A DNA stretch of 64,000 bases, taken from the NCBI RefSeq assembly GCF_011386835.1, contig NC_088800.1, positions 8,494,001-8,558,000 on the forward strand, read 5' to 3'. Of this stretch, positions 51,784 through 64,000 are shown one piece after another. The notes under the pieces were generated by a model. It saw only the letters and a program-made list of their open reading frames with translations. It searched no databases and was not told where the DNA came from. Each line of letters begins with the position of its first letter. Position 1 is the first letter of the stretch. The DNA is from Chrysemys picta bellii (lineage: Eukaryota). Position numbers and translations under genes: made by a program.

Positions 51784-52043
51784 GCGTGTCTACACAGCAA
51801 AGACAACCTGCGGCTGGCCTGTGCCGGCCGACTTGGGTTTGCAGGGTTCGGGCTGTTTCATTGCTGTGTTGACTTCTGGGTTCAGGTTGGAGCCCTACCA
51901 CCTTGCAGGATCCCAGAGCCTGTACTCCAGCCCGAGCCCTAAGTCTATACAGCAATGAAACCACCCCACAGCCCTAACCCCAGGAGCCCACGTTGACTGG
52001 CATGAGCCAGCTACGGGTGTCTAGTTGATGTGTAGACATACCC
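51784..52043. mobile_element. PIF/Harbinger-like MITE
   Basis: Termini GCGTGTCTACAC / GTGTAGACATACCC, flanked by a 3-bp TAA duplication. Confidence 0.7.
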
Positions 52044-52269
52044 TAACAGTACACTTATCATTCAATCCAACAAAATACGTAACACAGAAATTCACAGGGA
52101 CTGAATGTAATGGCCACAAAACAGGAGACTCCAAGTTAACAGGTGAAAAAACGCAGTTAATTCAGTATAGGACATTTCTTGAGCATCAGTGGATCTCATC
52201 AGCACTCCATGCCATCAATTCACCCGCATGTTTTTTCATCCCCAGGATAGCCTTATACCTAAACCATTC

Positions 52270-53235
52270 TGCATCAAATCTTAGAATCCAAGGACAGGAA
52301 GGGACCTTGAGAAGTCAGCTAGTCTAGTCCCCTGCACTCATGGCAGGGGTAAGTATTATGTAGACCATCCCTGACAGGTGTTTGTCTAACCTGCTCTTAA
52401 AAATCTGCAATGATGGAGATTCCAACCCCTCCCTGGGCAATTTATTCCAGTGCTTAACCACCTTGACAGTTAGTAAGTTTTTCCTAATGTCCAATTTAAA
52501 CTGTCCTTGCTGCAATGTAAGCCCTTTGCTTCTTGTCCTGTCATCAGAGGTTGCTTCTTGTCCTATTCTCCTCCTTGTAACAACTTTTATGTTCTTGAAA
52601 ACTTATGTCCCCACTCAGACTTCTCTTCTCCAGTCTAAACAAACCCAACTTTTTCAATCTTCCCTTATAGGTCATGTTTTCTAGACCTTTAAATCCTTTT
52701 TATTGCTCTTCTCTGGACTTTCTCCAATTTGTCCAATTAAAGTCAAGATATACCACATCTACCACTTCCCGAAGGCTTATTACCCTGTCAAAGAAAGCTA
52801 TTATGTTGGTCTGACACGATTTGTTCTTGACAAATCCATGCTGACTGTTACTTATCACCTTATTATCTTCTAAGTGTTTGCAAATTGATTAATTATTTGC
52901 TCCATTATTTTTCTGGGTACTGAAGTTAAGTTGACTGATCTGTAATTCCCCGGGTTGTCCTTATTTCCCTTTTTATAGATGGATACTATATTTACCCTTT
53001 TCCAGTCCTCTGGAATCTCTCCTGTCTTCCATGACTTTTTGAAAATAATCGCTAATGGCTCAGATACTTCTTCAGTCAGCTCCTTGAGTATTCTAGGATT
53101 TATTTCATCAGGCCCAGATGACTTGAAGACATCTAGCTTGTCTAAGCAATTTTTATCTTGTTCTTCCCCTATTTTAGCCTCTGATCCTACCTCATTTTCA
53201 CTGGCATTCACTACATTAGACGTCCAATAGCTACT
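52270..53235 (-). mobile_element. CR1 LINE 3' portion with an internal deletion
   Basis: ORFs 52324..52515 (QQGQFKLDIRKN) and 52870..53241 (KSSGPDEINPRILKEL...NYRSVNLTSVP). Confidence 0.88.
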
Positions 53236-55114
53236 AATCAATTGCTACTTATAAAGAAGTGCAATTCACTAAAAAGATCTGAAAGAAGAGAGTCTCATTA
53301 AAACTCAGGGTTGCGGGGTTGGGTTTTTTTGTTTTTGTTTTTAGCGATACACACAAGTCTCAGATTACCAGAAAAAAATCTCAATACAAAGTTTCCTTTC
53401 ATAGCCAAATCCTATTCCCAATTTGGCCACTGACTCATTAGCCATAGGAACAAGTTAACAACCTCAACTTTCCTGTCAATAAAATGGAGATAATACTGAG
53501 CTTCGTAAAGCACTTTGAGATTTCCCAGATGAAAACTATTACAAAGAGGCAATAGCACAAACTTTTCAGAAACTAATTTGGGAAACACGATTTGTCTAAA
53601 CAATTTGAGTCTTTTCTAAGTAAAGCCCCCTTGTGCATAGATTTTAAATAAAGTTCGATCTACAATGCAGACACTTCGGTTTTTCCACTAGGTTTCACAA
53701 TACCATGTTAAGCCAATGATTAACAAGTTAGTTTATTTATCTTGCTATTCTTCTAATAAGGCTGAACCAATGTCTATCAATGAAATAGCCACAATTCAAA
53801 CAAGTTTCTTTTAGCAGCAACCAAGTAACAGGCAGGTTTGGCTCAACTCTCATTGAAATTCATTAAACAAGGTGCTGTACGTTCTAATATCTGACAAGTG
53901 CACTATTTCAATGCCTGAAATAGATCTTCTGCAATTAACACTTTGAATAATGAGCTTTTCAATGATGCACTACTGGATATAAACTTAGCTACAAGGTCAT
54001 ATTTGCCAAGATTTGAACTGTAAATAATCAAGACAACAAGAGCAGAACCTTTTAAACTCCATAAAAATATCATTAACTTTAGTGGGGTAGAGAAAATAAA
54101 AAACTAAAAATAGGAAATTTTCCTCCTAAACTAAAATTTCTTACTTCCTATTAGAGATAAATTGGTAAATATGACAATGTTGGTTAAATGTTAATTTTTA
54201 AATTGAAATTTATCAATAGTTTTGGATGATAAATGTAACTGATAATTCATATATTAACAGCCTGTCATTATGAATAAATTCAAACTCCCATATACAGTAA
54301 TTACATTATTGGATTCTGCAAGAATGGCAGGGCAGGAAAAAAGATCTGATTTAATATAGCTACAAGAAAAATGACACCTGCATCGGACTTTTGACCACTG
54401 GAATGTATCTATTCTACTTCTTAGATATTATTCGCAATGATTTAAAGATGACATCGCAAGCGAATAGTGCAACCAGTTATTCTGGGGATTAATGGCACAA
54501 TCTCCACCTGCCAAAAAAGTATGAAGGGTGGCATATAAAACTGAGAATGTTTCAAATTGCATTCGGAAATTCAATAGCATTGCCTATATTAGAACCAAAT
54601 GACATCTAAACAAGGAATGCTAAGCAAGGAATATTTAAAGATGATCCTTTTCTTCCTTTAAGTAAACATTAATAGGATTAATGGTGCATCTATACAAGGC
54701 TTTTTGATGATTAAGTGGAAGCTTTCACCTTATCTCAAAGTGTGCATAAAAAAAGGGATGCCAATGCACACTTCATGCACGCTGAAAATTCTTTTACAAA
54801 GGTCAGTATTATGAACTCGGCTCAGATCACAATAGAAAGAGGACTGTTGGTAAGCAGACTGTTGGTGGATAGAAACAGTTTTCCATATCACAATAATTAC
54901 CACCACAATTGGCCCCTTTTGTGTAAGTCTATGCATGGAAACTGAACTACACTTCTACCTCCAGAAATGGACCCTGGAGGAAAGAAAGAAAAAAAAAAAA
55001 AAAAAAAAAAGTTGAGGCATGTTTCAGGATGGTGCCTAGAAGCTTGCACCACCATTGCTCGGTCTCTAACCACTCAATGGGTAGAAGAATTACTGAATCA
55101 TAGAAACTAGTGAT

Positions 55115-55238
55115 TAGGATGACCAGACAGCAAATGTGAAAAATCGGGACAGGGGGTGAGGGGTAATAGGAGCCTATATAAGAAAAAGACCCAAAAATTG
55201 GGACTGTCCCTATAAAATTGGGACATCTGATCACCCTA
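55115..55238. mobile_element. Short hAT-type MITE (TAGGGTGACCAGA-like termini)
   Basis: TIRs TAGGATGACCAGA / TCTGATCACCCTA. Near-perfect 8-bp TSD CTAGTGAT / CCAGTGAT. Confidence 0.75.
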
Positions 55239-55844
55239 CCAGTGATGGAAAAAAGACATACCAGACATGTAGCTAATTCAAGACTGTTTTCTAATTGTAA
55301 ATATATTAGTGCAGATTTACAACCCCGGTTTGTCATTCAATTAGTAATATTAGTTCTTTTTTCCTCCCTTCATAAGTTAAGCTATGCAACCCTTTAACCG
55401 TTTTAGTAACTCTTTTCTGAACATTCACCAGTTTTCTAATCTCTGATAATGACATGGCTGCAACTGACAGAAACGTTCCAACTGTGGTTGCACCAAAGCC
55501 CTAACAGAGGGGGACTATTAACTCCCTGTTTTGGATGGTAAATTTCTGAGTAGGAGGTCAAAAACTGCATTGATATCTTTTGCAGCTATACAACATTCCA
55601 CAATTTGTCAATATGGCAACTTGCACTGCTCTAGAGCCATTCAGTTTTTTTTGTATAAAATTAGATGTATAGCTTTTATTGAAAATAACTAATACATTAT
55701 CTGAAAATACTTTGGGGTCTCAATTGTGGTGAAACTGGGTGTGAATATTGAGAATGGGCCCTGAGAGAGTTGAGTTAACAGCACATCTTGAGTACATAGT
55801 GAGGCCAAAGGCTCCCTAAAAAGGTCAGTAGAAAAAAAGACAGC

Positions 55845-56135
55845 TACTGTGATTCTTCAAGATGTACTATTCATATGGATTCCATGTCCCACTCTCCCTT
55901 CCCACTACTACAAAGTCCTGCTTATCTGGAATTCTGTATTGATGAAAGAACTGAGGAATGGTTGGGCTCACTTTGCCATTTCTACCCCTCAGGGTTATGG
56001 AAGGGACAAAACATTCAGGATGCAAATGTGACCCCTCAAATGACACCACTGGCCAAAAGAATCCAATCTTGGATGCATGTGCAGCAAGAGCGGAATCCAC
56101 ATAGACAATCATTCAAAGTAGCCCTGGTTATTCTT
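55845..56135. mobile_element. Short DIRS-terminal-like remnant
   Basis: Its ends resemble the ITR/ICR motifs of the large DIRS (CTGTGATTCTTCAAGATGT...; GGAATCCACATAGACAATCATTCAAAG). Confidence 0.5.
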
Positions 56136-57729
56136 TATTTATGAATGATAAAAAAAATGTCTGGGTTGAATGGGTCAGTTTAAAAGCATGTTTCAATTCA
56201 GCATTTTTGAGAAATACCAGATAAATAGGATACTATGGTCTACTTATTTTTAATATATATCATTTGCTTTTAAACACAAGTGGATTCCACTCGTCAGCTA
56301 CAATAGCCATGGACAAGGATCATGAGTTCCACACTAAACCATGCATTATATGACTGTTTATAGGCCATCATCTAAGTAAAGTCTGGGCTAAAAATATTAA
56401 ACCCTCATTTGAGAAGTTGCAGAAATAAATCTTCCTTTAAGATGTCCAGTCATACATCTAATAAGCCAGGTGACATCCTAGCACATAAAATGTAAAAGAA
56501 AATTAATGTAATTCAATTCAATTATTTCATTACAGAAAAAAAAAAACTAGTTTTATCCTGGTAATGTTTCATTTTCAACCTAAATGATGATTAAAATGTA
56601 CATGTTTAAGCAACTGGGTGTTATTCCAAATGATTTATGCATCCTGAAAGGAACTGTACATAACTCACTTGTCATACTCCTTAATCAAGAGTATGACGAG
56701 TACATGACAAAACAATGTAGCCAATCCTGTACACTATACTATTTTGTAATCTGAAATGTTAAACAATAACTTGGTTGGATCAGTAAAAAAAAATCTGGTA
56801 CAATGCCAGTTTTAATTTAACCTTTTCCTCAAATACTGCAGTTTGTGATTTGTTTTCCATCTACTCAGGACTAAGTGATTAACAGACTTAAAAAGATTAT
56901 TCAAATTTGGACCTAAAAGCAAGTAATATCAAGTAGACTTTTCATACTGGAACGTTAAATTATGATGAAATTATATAAAATTTAATTCATAGCACGATAG
57001 CAGGAATTTTCTGTAGTCAAATATGCAAGTGGTAAGAGTATTCATGACACAAACATCGTCTTAAAAATAAAATCCTCTAGCAGTAATGGAAACAGATTTT
57101 GCTCTGGCTGTTATGAATGTTCAATATTTTGCATTATTCCAATTAAGATTACTTCTAGTACATTGTAAAGGAGAGCACAATACAGTGAAAATGAAGGGTG
57201 TTTAAATGGTTTTGTAATTAGATTTTAAAACATTCTTCAGATTTAAGAGGTATAAATAGCTCACACCTTTACTAGCTAATAACGGTTATATGTTTAATGT
57301 GATCTTCATGAAAATGCTACGTCAGCTACAAGGATAGCATGAGCCAATAATTTGAAACCATAATAATTAAAAGTAATTTAAAATTAACTAATAATTGCAG
57401 AACGTTCCTTGCAGTTAGCGATTCCCCTTATGGAGTAAACTACCCCTTAGTGTTCCATTTAACAGGGACTTGCCCCACACCAGCATGGAATTTGGTATAC
57501 TTTAAAAAATGGTGTCTGTTAAGGTCTCAAATATTCAAAATTTTAAGATCTGGACCAGATCTCTGGAAATTTGCCAAGTATACATCAAGCAATAAATACT
57601 TAAGGTAGGGATGGGAACCAAAACCAGATATTCAGCAAATTATTTGAGAAAAAAAGAGTATCATTTGTATTCAGAAAAATGTGCAGAAAGATTGGTCCTG
57701 TGACATTGATCACAAGGGTCAAAAAACAG

Positions 57730-58540
57730 TGTTAACCAAGGTCTAGGGTTTTGTACATAGAGACCTCAGCCTGCTTAGTACCATGGCAAACACACCATTA
57801 AAAATCCTTTCCCCCTTTTATTAAAGATAAAGAAAAGAAGGAAAACAGTTAAATATTTGAAATGTAAAGTATTAAATAAAGTTTTCATTTTAACATCCCT
57901 TGTTCCCCTTCTCCATAGCTAGAGAGAATTTTTAGAAGGAAAACCCCTTTGTTTGACAGTCTCTTAGCTAGTATTGAAGATGGCAATAACTGTCTTTTTT
58001 GGGAAAAGAGAAGAAGTTAGTTGAAATGGGTTGCAGCTGCTGTTGTTGCTGCTATTAAAATCTGATTCCATTTTATCCCAGGTGGTGTTTAGGATTCAGC
58101 TGGACCTGGTAGAGATGGTGATGTTATCTGGGTCCCCCTCTCTCTGGCCTGGTCTGGTCAGAATATTTTGCAACAAAAGTTCAGGATCCCAGGAGATGGT
58201 GGGGGTGGCAGCGATGACGGCGAAGCTTGCTTAAGTAGCCTCCATCTGTTATTTCCCCCCCCTCCCAAGTTTCTTTCTTTAAGGACCCCAAAAAGGGTAT
58301 AGTGGGTAGAACAGCCCCTCCCCTCATTTTGGCCACCAACTAGGCCTAGTTTCTGACACACCAATTTGATTCATTAATTTCCAGACCCACATTTTCTTGT
58401 TTACCAAGCATGATCTCAAAACAGTCCTTGAGTTATATCAGTACGCCTTTTTGTTTGGACTAATTCCTTTTTTTTTTTTTTTTCAGTTTATAGCACTCTT
58501 CATTAAAAATAACTTGACCTACTTTTCGTGGTTAATTCAT
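57730..58540. mobile_element. Probable LTR-derived repeat, boundaries uncertain
   Basis: Resembles recalled turtle LTR sequence. Termini and TSD not resolved. Confidence 0.4.
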
Positions 58541-58559
58541 AAACAGCCAAAAGTTATAG

Positions 58560-58850
58560 GTAAGGCTATGATTTAGACATGGGTATTTTTAATAAAAGAG
58601 TCACGGACAGGTCACAGGCAATAAACAAAAATTGCCGGCATAGGCACCGGCTTCCTCCACGCCCGGGAGACGCTCAACACCGTCCCTTGGCCCGCGCCGC
58701 TTCCAGCAGCTCCCATTGGCCTGGAGCAGCGAACCGCGGACAGTGGGAGCCGCGATCGGCCGGACCTGCGGACGGGGCAGGTAAACAAACCAGCCCGGCC
58801 CGCCAGGGGCTTTTCCTACACAAGTGGCGACCCAAGTTTGGGAAACACTG
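58560..58850. mobile_element. Chimeric remnant: a different repeat on the left joined to the right half of a hAT palindromic MITE
   Basis: Right TIR CCCAAGTTTGGGAAACACTG and a half core are present. No matching left TIR or TSD. Confidence 0.6.
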
Positions 58851-60553
58851 ATTTAGAGGAACAGAACTTATCCTATTCTAAATGACGTAGCAGCAGATGT
58901 TGTTAATTCATTCTCCAGCAGTCATTCTTCCCTCTGAAAGTTTGTTTCTGCTTCCAGTAACAAGTTCGAGTAACAAGCTAAGGAAGCTGAAGATAAGGTG
59001 CAAATCAATGTAATCCCAACTACTATATAAAATATTCCACATCCTGCAGAGCAGGATACAATTCAAAGACAAACTTGACATTTTTGCTTTTAAATTAGAA
59101 ATAGTATTTTAAACCAGAGGGGTGGAATGAATATCTATCTAGGCACACAGATGTGCCCTCAAAAGCAGTCAAAATGTGCATGAACTATAAGAAAAAGCAG
59201 CTTCATTCCTTTAAAATCAAGTAAATGTGAAAATTCTGTTTTCTTTAAATTGAAGACAAAAATACAAACATTAGCTTCATGTCAAAGGTGCAGTTACTCT
59301 ATCTTTGTTATCTCTACAAAACATTAGTCCAGATGCTGGTTAGGACAAGCAGAAACTGTAGCTTCAGATTATCTGGAGGCAAATAAATTAAAATGTGATT
59401 TGTCCAAACATGAAACAACAACATGAAAAGAGAATGCTGTATTTTTCATCAGCCTAGAGCTGTTTTTTTAAAATCTATTCTACTTTTGGCAATTCTCCAT
59501 ATATCAGACATCAGGTAATACAAAATGACATTATCTAACTGGCAACAAAGAAACTTTTTTCTAACGGTGTCAGCTTTCCTAAAATCACGAATGATCTGTG
59601 TCATTTTTAAAAAACATGTCAACGTTACTTAGTCATCACAATGCCAAAAGAAACAATTTGCGCAATGCCAACACAAAATGAAGATGCTATCTGCATGTTT
59701 TACTTTTAAAGTGGATAAATACAACAACATGATTTTATGGGAAGATCTGAAAGTTAATAAAAGACCTTAGTTCATATTTAAGAACATCATGAATGAACTG
59801 TCTTTCAGGCTCTGGATATTTGTAAATGTAAGACAACCTATTCACAAACACAAAAGAGATGTAATTTCTCTTTTTCCAAAATATTTTTAAGTTTTGTCAT
59901 TATGAAAATATTTTCACCTTTCTTGGAAACTATTTCCCCTCCTCTAACCTCATATGGGAAAAAATGTTTCGTGATCTGGGATTTTATTGCAATAGACATC
60001 ATTGGAAAAAAATAAAAATTAAACAAAACAAAAACAGGAGAGTATTGAATCTACAAGCTACTTCCCACTGAATTATGTTCTAAAGTCCTCTTTGATTTGG
60101 TCTAGTTTTGTCTCATTCCAGGTAAACATCTCTTGGCATACCGATTACGGACAGCTGGTCCATAATCGCCAACATATATTGCAAATATTTGCACCAAAGT
60201 GGATCTGTTCAATCTCAAAAAAAAAATTTTTTTTAATCTTGCACACAACTACTTTTGCATAATTCTTTAGTGAATTGAGACAGATTGGGCTTCTCTCCAA
60301 GTTAATCAGAAAGCCTTCATGCTTCCAGGGCAACATACCCATAGATTCACTAAGTGTTTGTCACTTCATTCTTGCTTCTGATAACTATTGACACTATACT
60401 TTCTCAAAAGGGTGCTAAAAAGTAAGAATTATGATTGTATCAACATTAATTAATATTTTATTCTCAGTTATGTAATTATGTTTTCTACAATTTGATGCAA
60501 AAGTTTTTGCAAAGCTTCCTTCTCAACATTTTCACCTTTTTCTTTCTTTCTTT

Positions 60554-61314
60554 CATACATAGAATCATAGAATATCAGGGTTGGAAGGGATCTCAGGAGG
60601 TGATCTAGTCCAACCCCCTGCTCAAAGCAGGACCAATTCTCAACTAAATCATCCCACCCAGGGCTTTGTCAAGCCTGACCTTAAAAACCTCTAAGGAAGG
60701 AGGTTCCACCACCTCCCTAGGTAACACATTCCAGTGCTTCACCACCCTCCTAGTGAAAAAGTTTTTCCTAATATCCAACCTAAACCTCCCCCACTGCAAA
60801 TTGAGACCATTGCTCCTCGTTCTGTCATCTGGTACCACTTAGAACAGTCTAGATCCATCCTCTTTGGAACCCCCTTTCAAGTAGTTGAAAGCAGCTATCA
60901 AATCCCCCCCCATTCTTCTCTTCTGCAGACTAAACAATCCCAGTTCCCTCAGCCTCTCCTCATAAGTCATGTGCTCCAGACCCCTAATCATTTTTGTTGC
61001 CCTCCGCTGGACTCTTTCCAATATTTCCACATCCTTCTTGTAGTGTGGGGCCCAAAACTGGACACAGTACTCCAGATGCGGCCTCACCAATGTCAAATAG
61101 AGGGGAATGATCACGTCCCTCGATCTGCTGGCAATGCCCCTACTTATACAGCCCAAAATGCCGTTAGCCTTCTTGGCAACAAGGGCACACTGTTGACTCA
61201 TATCCAGCTTCTCGTCCACTGTAACCCGTAGGTCCTTTTCTGCAGAACTGCTTCCTAGCCATTCGGTCCCTAGTCTGTAACAGTGAATGGGATTCTTCCG
61301 TCCTAAGTGCAGGA
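60554..61314 (-). mobile_element. CR1 LINE 3' end, relatively young
   Basis: (CATAGAAT)n tail and uninterrupted ORF 60839..61219 ([18 protein letters not shown]). Confidence 0.92.
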
Positions 61315-61692
61315 CAACCCCAAATTGTATCGAATTTTGTAATTTTTCCTTTGGATTATTCTTCAGCAGTTATTCACTTAAAAGACAGTAGTCTTCTTAA
61401 CATTAAAAAAGGTAACAAACCAATATATGATTATTATACACCTCTTAAAAATTACTTTTATATTCTGCAAAAATAATTTGATGTAGTCGTTTTTCCCCCC
61501 AATATTATCCATACATCCAATATTACCAAGTAGTTCCGTTTAGGACAACCTATAACTGAGTGTAAGGTGTAGCTATATCAGCGGGAGAGGCTCTCCCACC
61601 AACACAGAACTGTCTACACCAGCGATTAGGTTAGTATAACTACGTCACTTAGGGGTGTGGATTTTTCACACCACTGAGCGATGTAGTTATAC

Positions 61693-62027
61693 CAGGGGTC
61701 GGCAACCTCTGGCACACGGCTCGCCAGGTTAAGGACCCTGGCAGGCCGGGCCAGTTTGTTTACCTGCCGCATCGGCAGGTTCGGCCAATCGCGGCTCCCG
61801 CTAGCCGCGGTTTGGCCGTCCCAGGCCAACCGGGGCTACGGGAACCAGCGCAGGTGAGGGATGTGCTGGCCACGGCTTCCCGCCGCCCCCATTGGCCTGG
61901 GACGGCGAACCGCGGCCAGTGGGAGCCATGATCAGCCGAACCTGCCGACATGGCAGTTAAACAAACTGGCCCGGCCGGCCAGGGTAAGCACCCTGGCGAG
62001 CCGGGTGCCAGATGTTGCCGACCCCTG
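61693..62027. mobile_element. hAT MITE (CAGGGGTCGGCAAC termini) nested in a GTCTACAC-type MITE
   Basis: TSD AGTTATAC at 61685-61692 and 62028-62035. The host repeat spans ~61560-62060 and ends ...GTAGTGTAGACC. Confidence 0.88.
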
Positions 62028-62400
62028 AGTTATACCAATGGGTCTGTAGTGTAGACCTACACTATAAATCTTTTGAATATTAATTTGCTAAATAAATTGC
62101 AATAGTTCAGTGTTCTAAACTCTACAGCTATATAACTGTTTGCAATGTTGTTGTAGCCATGTTGGTCCCAGGATATTAAAAAAGAGATCGTATTTCTTAT
62201 TGTTAGTATTACCTCACCCACTTTGTCTCAGCTATACTATAGACTAACTTACATGATCAGATTTACTGGTATAACCAATGAGAAAAGTGTTAAAAAAGGA
62301 AACAAATGTAAGGCCCCAGATTGCAAGCTGTTTCTTACCATTATTTTAAAGACTCAAAACTATTCTTGATCAACTTCTGTGCCAAACAGATACATTAGTT

Positions 62401-62681
62401 CAGAGGTTCTCAAACTTCATTGCACTGCGACCCCCTTTTGACAACAAAAGTTACATGACCCCAGGAGGGGCGGGGGGGGAAGCTATGGGCCTGGGGGGGA
62501 GAAGCTGAAGCCCAAGGGCTTCAGCCCCAGGAAGGGGGCCTGTAACCTGAACCCCGCAACCCAGGGCTGAAGCCCTCGGGCTTCAGCCCTGGACCCCAGC
62601 AAGTCTAAGCCAGCCTTGGTGACCCCATTAAAATGGGTCCCGACCCACTTTGGGTCCTGACCCACAGTTTGAGAACCGCTG
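62401..62681. mobile_element. hAT MITE (CAGAGGTTCTCAAAC termini)
   Basis: TSD CATTAGTT / CATTAGTC. Internal GGGCTGAAGCCC-type repeats. Confidence 0.82.
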
Positions 62682-62792
62682 CATTAGTCAAATATAATTT
62701 CTACAACATTACACATAATATTCTATGTTTTATTTGCCTGGTGTTCTCCAAAACACTGTGTCAGGTCAACATGGAGATTTTGCTTGATAGTG

Positions 62793-62832
62793 CAAAACAA
62801 AAACAAAAACAAAAACAAAAACAAAAACAAAC
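62793..62832. repeat. (AAAAAC)n hexanucleotide repeat
   Basis: Read directly from the sequence. Confidence 0.9.
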
Positions 62833-63352
62833 AACAAAAGAGTCTGCAACTGTAGAAATGTAACCTGAAATATTTACATACTGTATTTCAGGAATTTTTT
62901 CAGTGGCACAGTGTTCCAGCAATGACAAAAAATAGGGGTCAACAACATAGTTCTGGTATCTATAGACAGGTGATGTGGACTTCCCCATTGCTGCTGCCAC
63001 CTCTTGGTACCCGCATTTTTTTCCCCAGAAGAGAAAAGTGCTTCTTGACTATGATTTACAAAAAGGGAATGTTTCTGTAACATCTATTTTTCTCCCCTTT
63101 ACTTATATTACTTCCTCCCTACTTGTGATTTTTTTCTCCCTTTCTCTTCCTCCCTGGCTGCTCAGCCTCCTGTCACTCCCATTCTTCAGCCCTTCTGTTT
63201 TATGCTAGTGTTTTTAAGAATTAATATGTCAGAGCTTGGTGGAATAACAATATTTGATAGGTCTACATGACGTGCTCAAGGGAGATACACATCATAATAC
63301 TAAAAGGAATCTGGATTGAGTACCCATGGTGCAATCCCAGAGTAGAAAGCAC

Positions 63353-63647
63353 TTAGAATCATAGGATTGGAAGGTGCCCTCTAGTCCAGCCTCCTGCATT
63401 CAAGGAAGGACTAAGTATTATCTAGACCATCCCTGACAGGTCATTGTCTAACCTGCTGTTAAAAATCTCAGATGATGAAGATTCCACAAGCAGCATAGGC
63501 AATTTATTCTAGTGCTTAACACCTTGACAGTTAGGAAGTTTTTCCTTATGTCCAGACTAAACCTCCCTTGCTTCAATTTAAGGCCATTGCTTCTTATCCT
63601 ATCCTCAGGGGTTAATGAGAACAATTTTTTCCCCTCCTCCTTGTAAC
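63353..63647 (-). mobile_element. CR1 3' fragment
   Basis: ORF 63448..63669 (SNGLKLKQGRFSLDIRKNF) and the CR1 3' UTR. Confidence 0.85.
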
Positions 63648-64000
63648 GTGTGCATAAGCTATACAGCATAAATCAGCCGTCAAAAAAGGAAGCTACTGAT
63701 ATATTCCTTATAGCTCTAAATTATAAACAATAGTCTTTTATATAACAAAATATGCTTTAAGTACAAAGCCAAGAACTCCCCACCTACATAAATATGCACC
63801 TACTGTGCAAAACATTTCATTGCAGAGATACCAACTACGTTAGTGAAGTAAAAAAATGACACTCTCAGCTTGTAAAGCTATTTAAAAATACACTCTTGTC
63901 CAACTTTGGCAGCACGCACGAAGATCTACTTTCAGAGAAAAATAAATTTCAACAGATAAAATTAGTCAACACCACTGAATTTATTAGTTTTATGGCTATT

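Noticed and set aside
43477-54113. Isolated perfect MEF2 sites CTATAAATAG (43477-43486) and CTAAAAATAG (54104-54113)
   Set aside because: Roughly 2-3 CTA(W)4TAG matches are expected by chance in 64 kb of this composition, and there is no supporting context.
2957-62000. Many 60-140 aa ORFs sharing 'RPIAAPTG...QANG' or 'AGKQTGPA' peptides, suggesting a repeated protein family
   Set aside because: All are translations of the GC-rich palindromic MITE cassette in various frames. They have no consistent start, length or splice signals.
23865-63647. Six of seven CR1 copies are in the same orientation as MEF2A
   Set aside because: The sample is too small; 6/7 is not significant against a 50:50 expectation.
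41068-64000. Expected MEF2A MADS/MEF2-domain exons
   Set aside because: I found no sequence encoding VTFTKRKFG...SRTNSDIVE by eye. These exons most likely lie beyond the window end.

Overview
This is vertebrate genomic DNA, most likely from a turtle (inferred from the CR1, DIRS, Chapaev3 and hAT MITE repertoire). The whole window lies inside the MEF2A gene on the minus strand. Seven coding exons have clean GT-AG boundaries: the mutually exclusive alpha1 (40936-41067) and alpha2 (40733-40870) exons, then exons of 220 nt, 60 nt and 191 nt, the 24-nt acidic beta micro-exon, and a 127-nt exon. I did not find the MADS-box exons or the last exons, which presumably lie outside the window. The introns are rich in transposable elements (TEs). 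The largest structure is a ~5.3 kb DIRS tyrosine-recombinase retrotransposon, complete in layout but decayed, nested inside a long CR1 LINE; together they make up almost an entire intron. A second nest is a chimeric block (Tc2/pogo-like arms, a fold-back duplication and the 3' half of a Chapaev3 transposon) inside another CR1. There are also several more CR1 fragments, a solo LTR and many MITEs. One GC-rich palindromic cassette recurs about 14 times inside elements with different termini. Most short entries in the ORF track come from these repeats. I found no convincing novel protein-coding system; the best leads concern TE architecture and splicing regulation.
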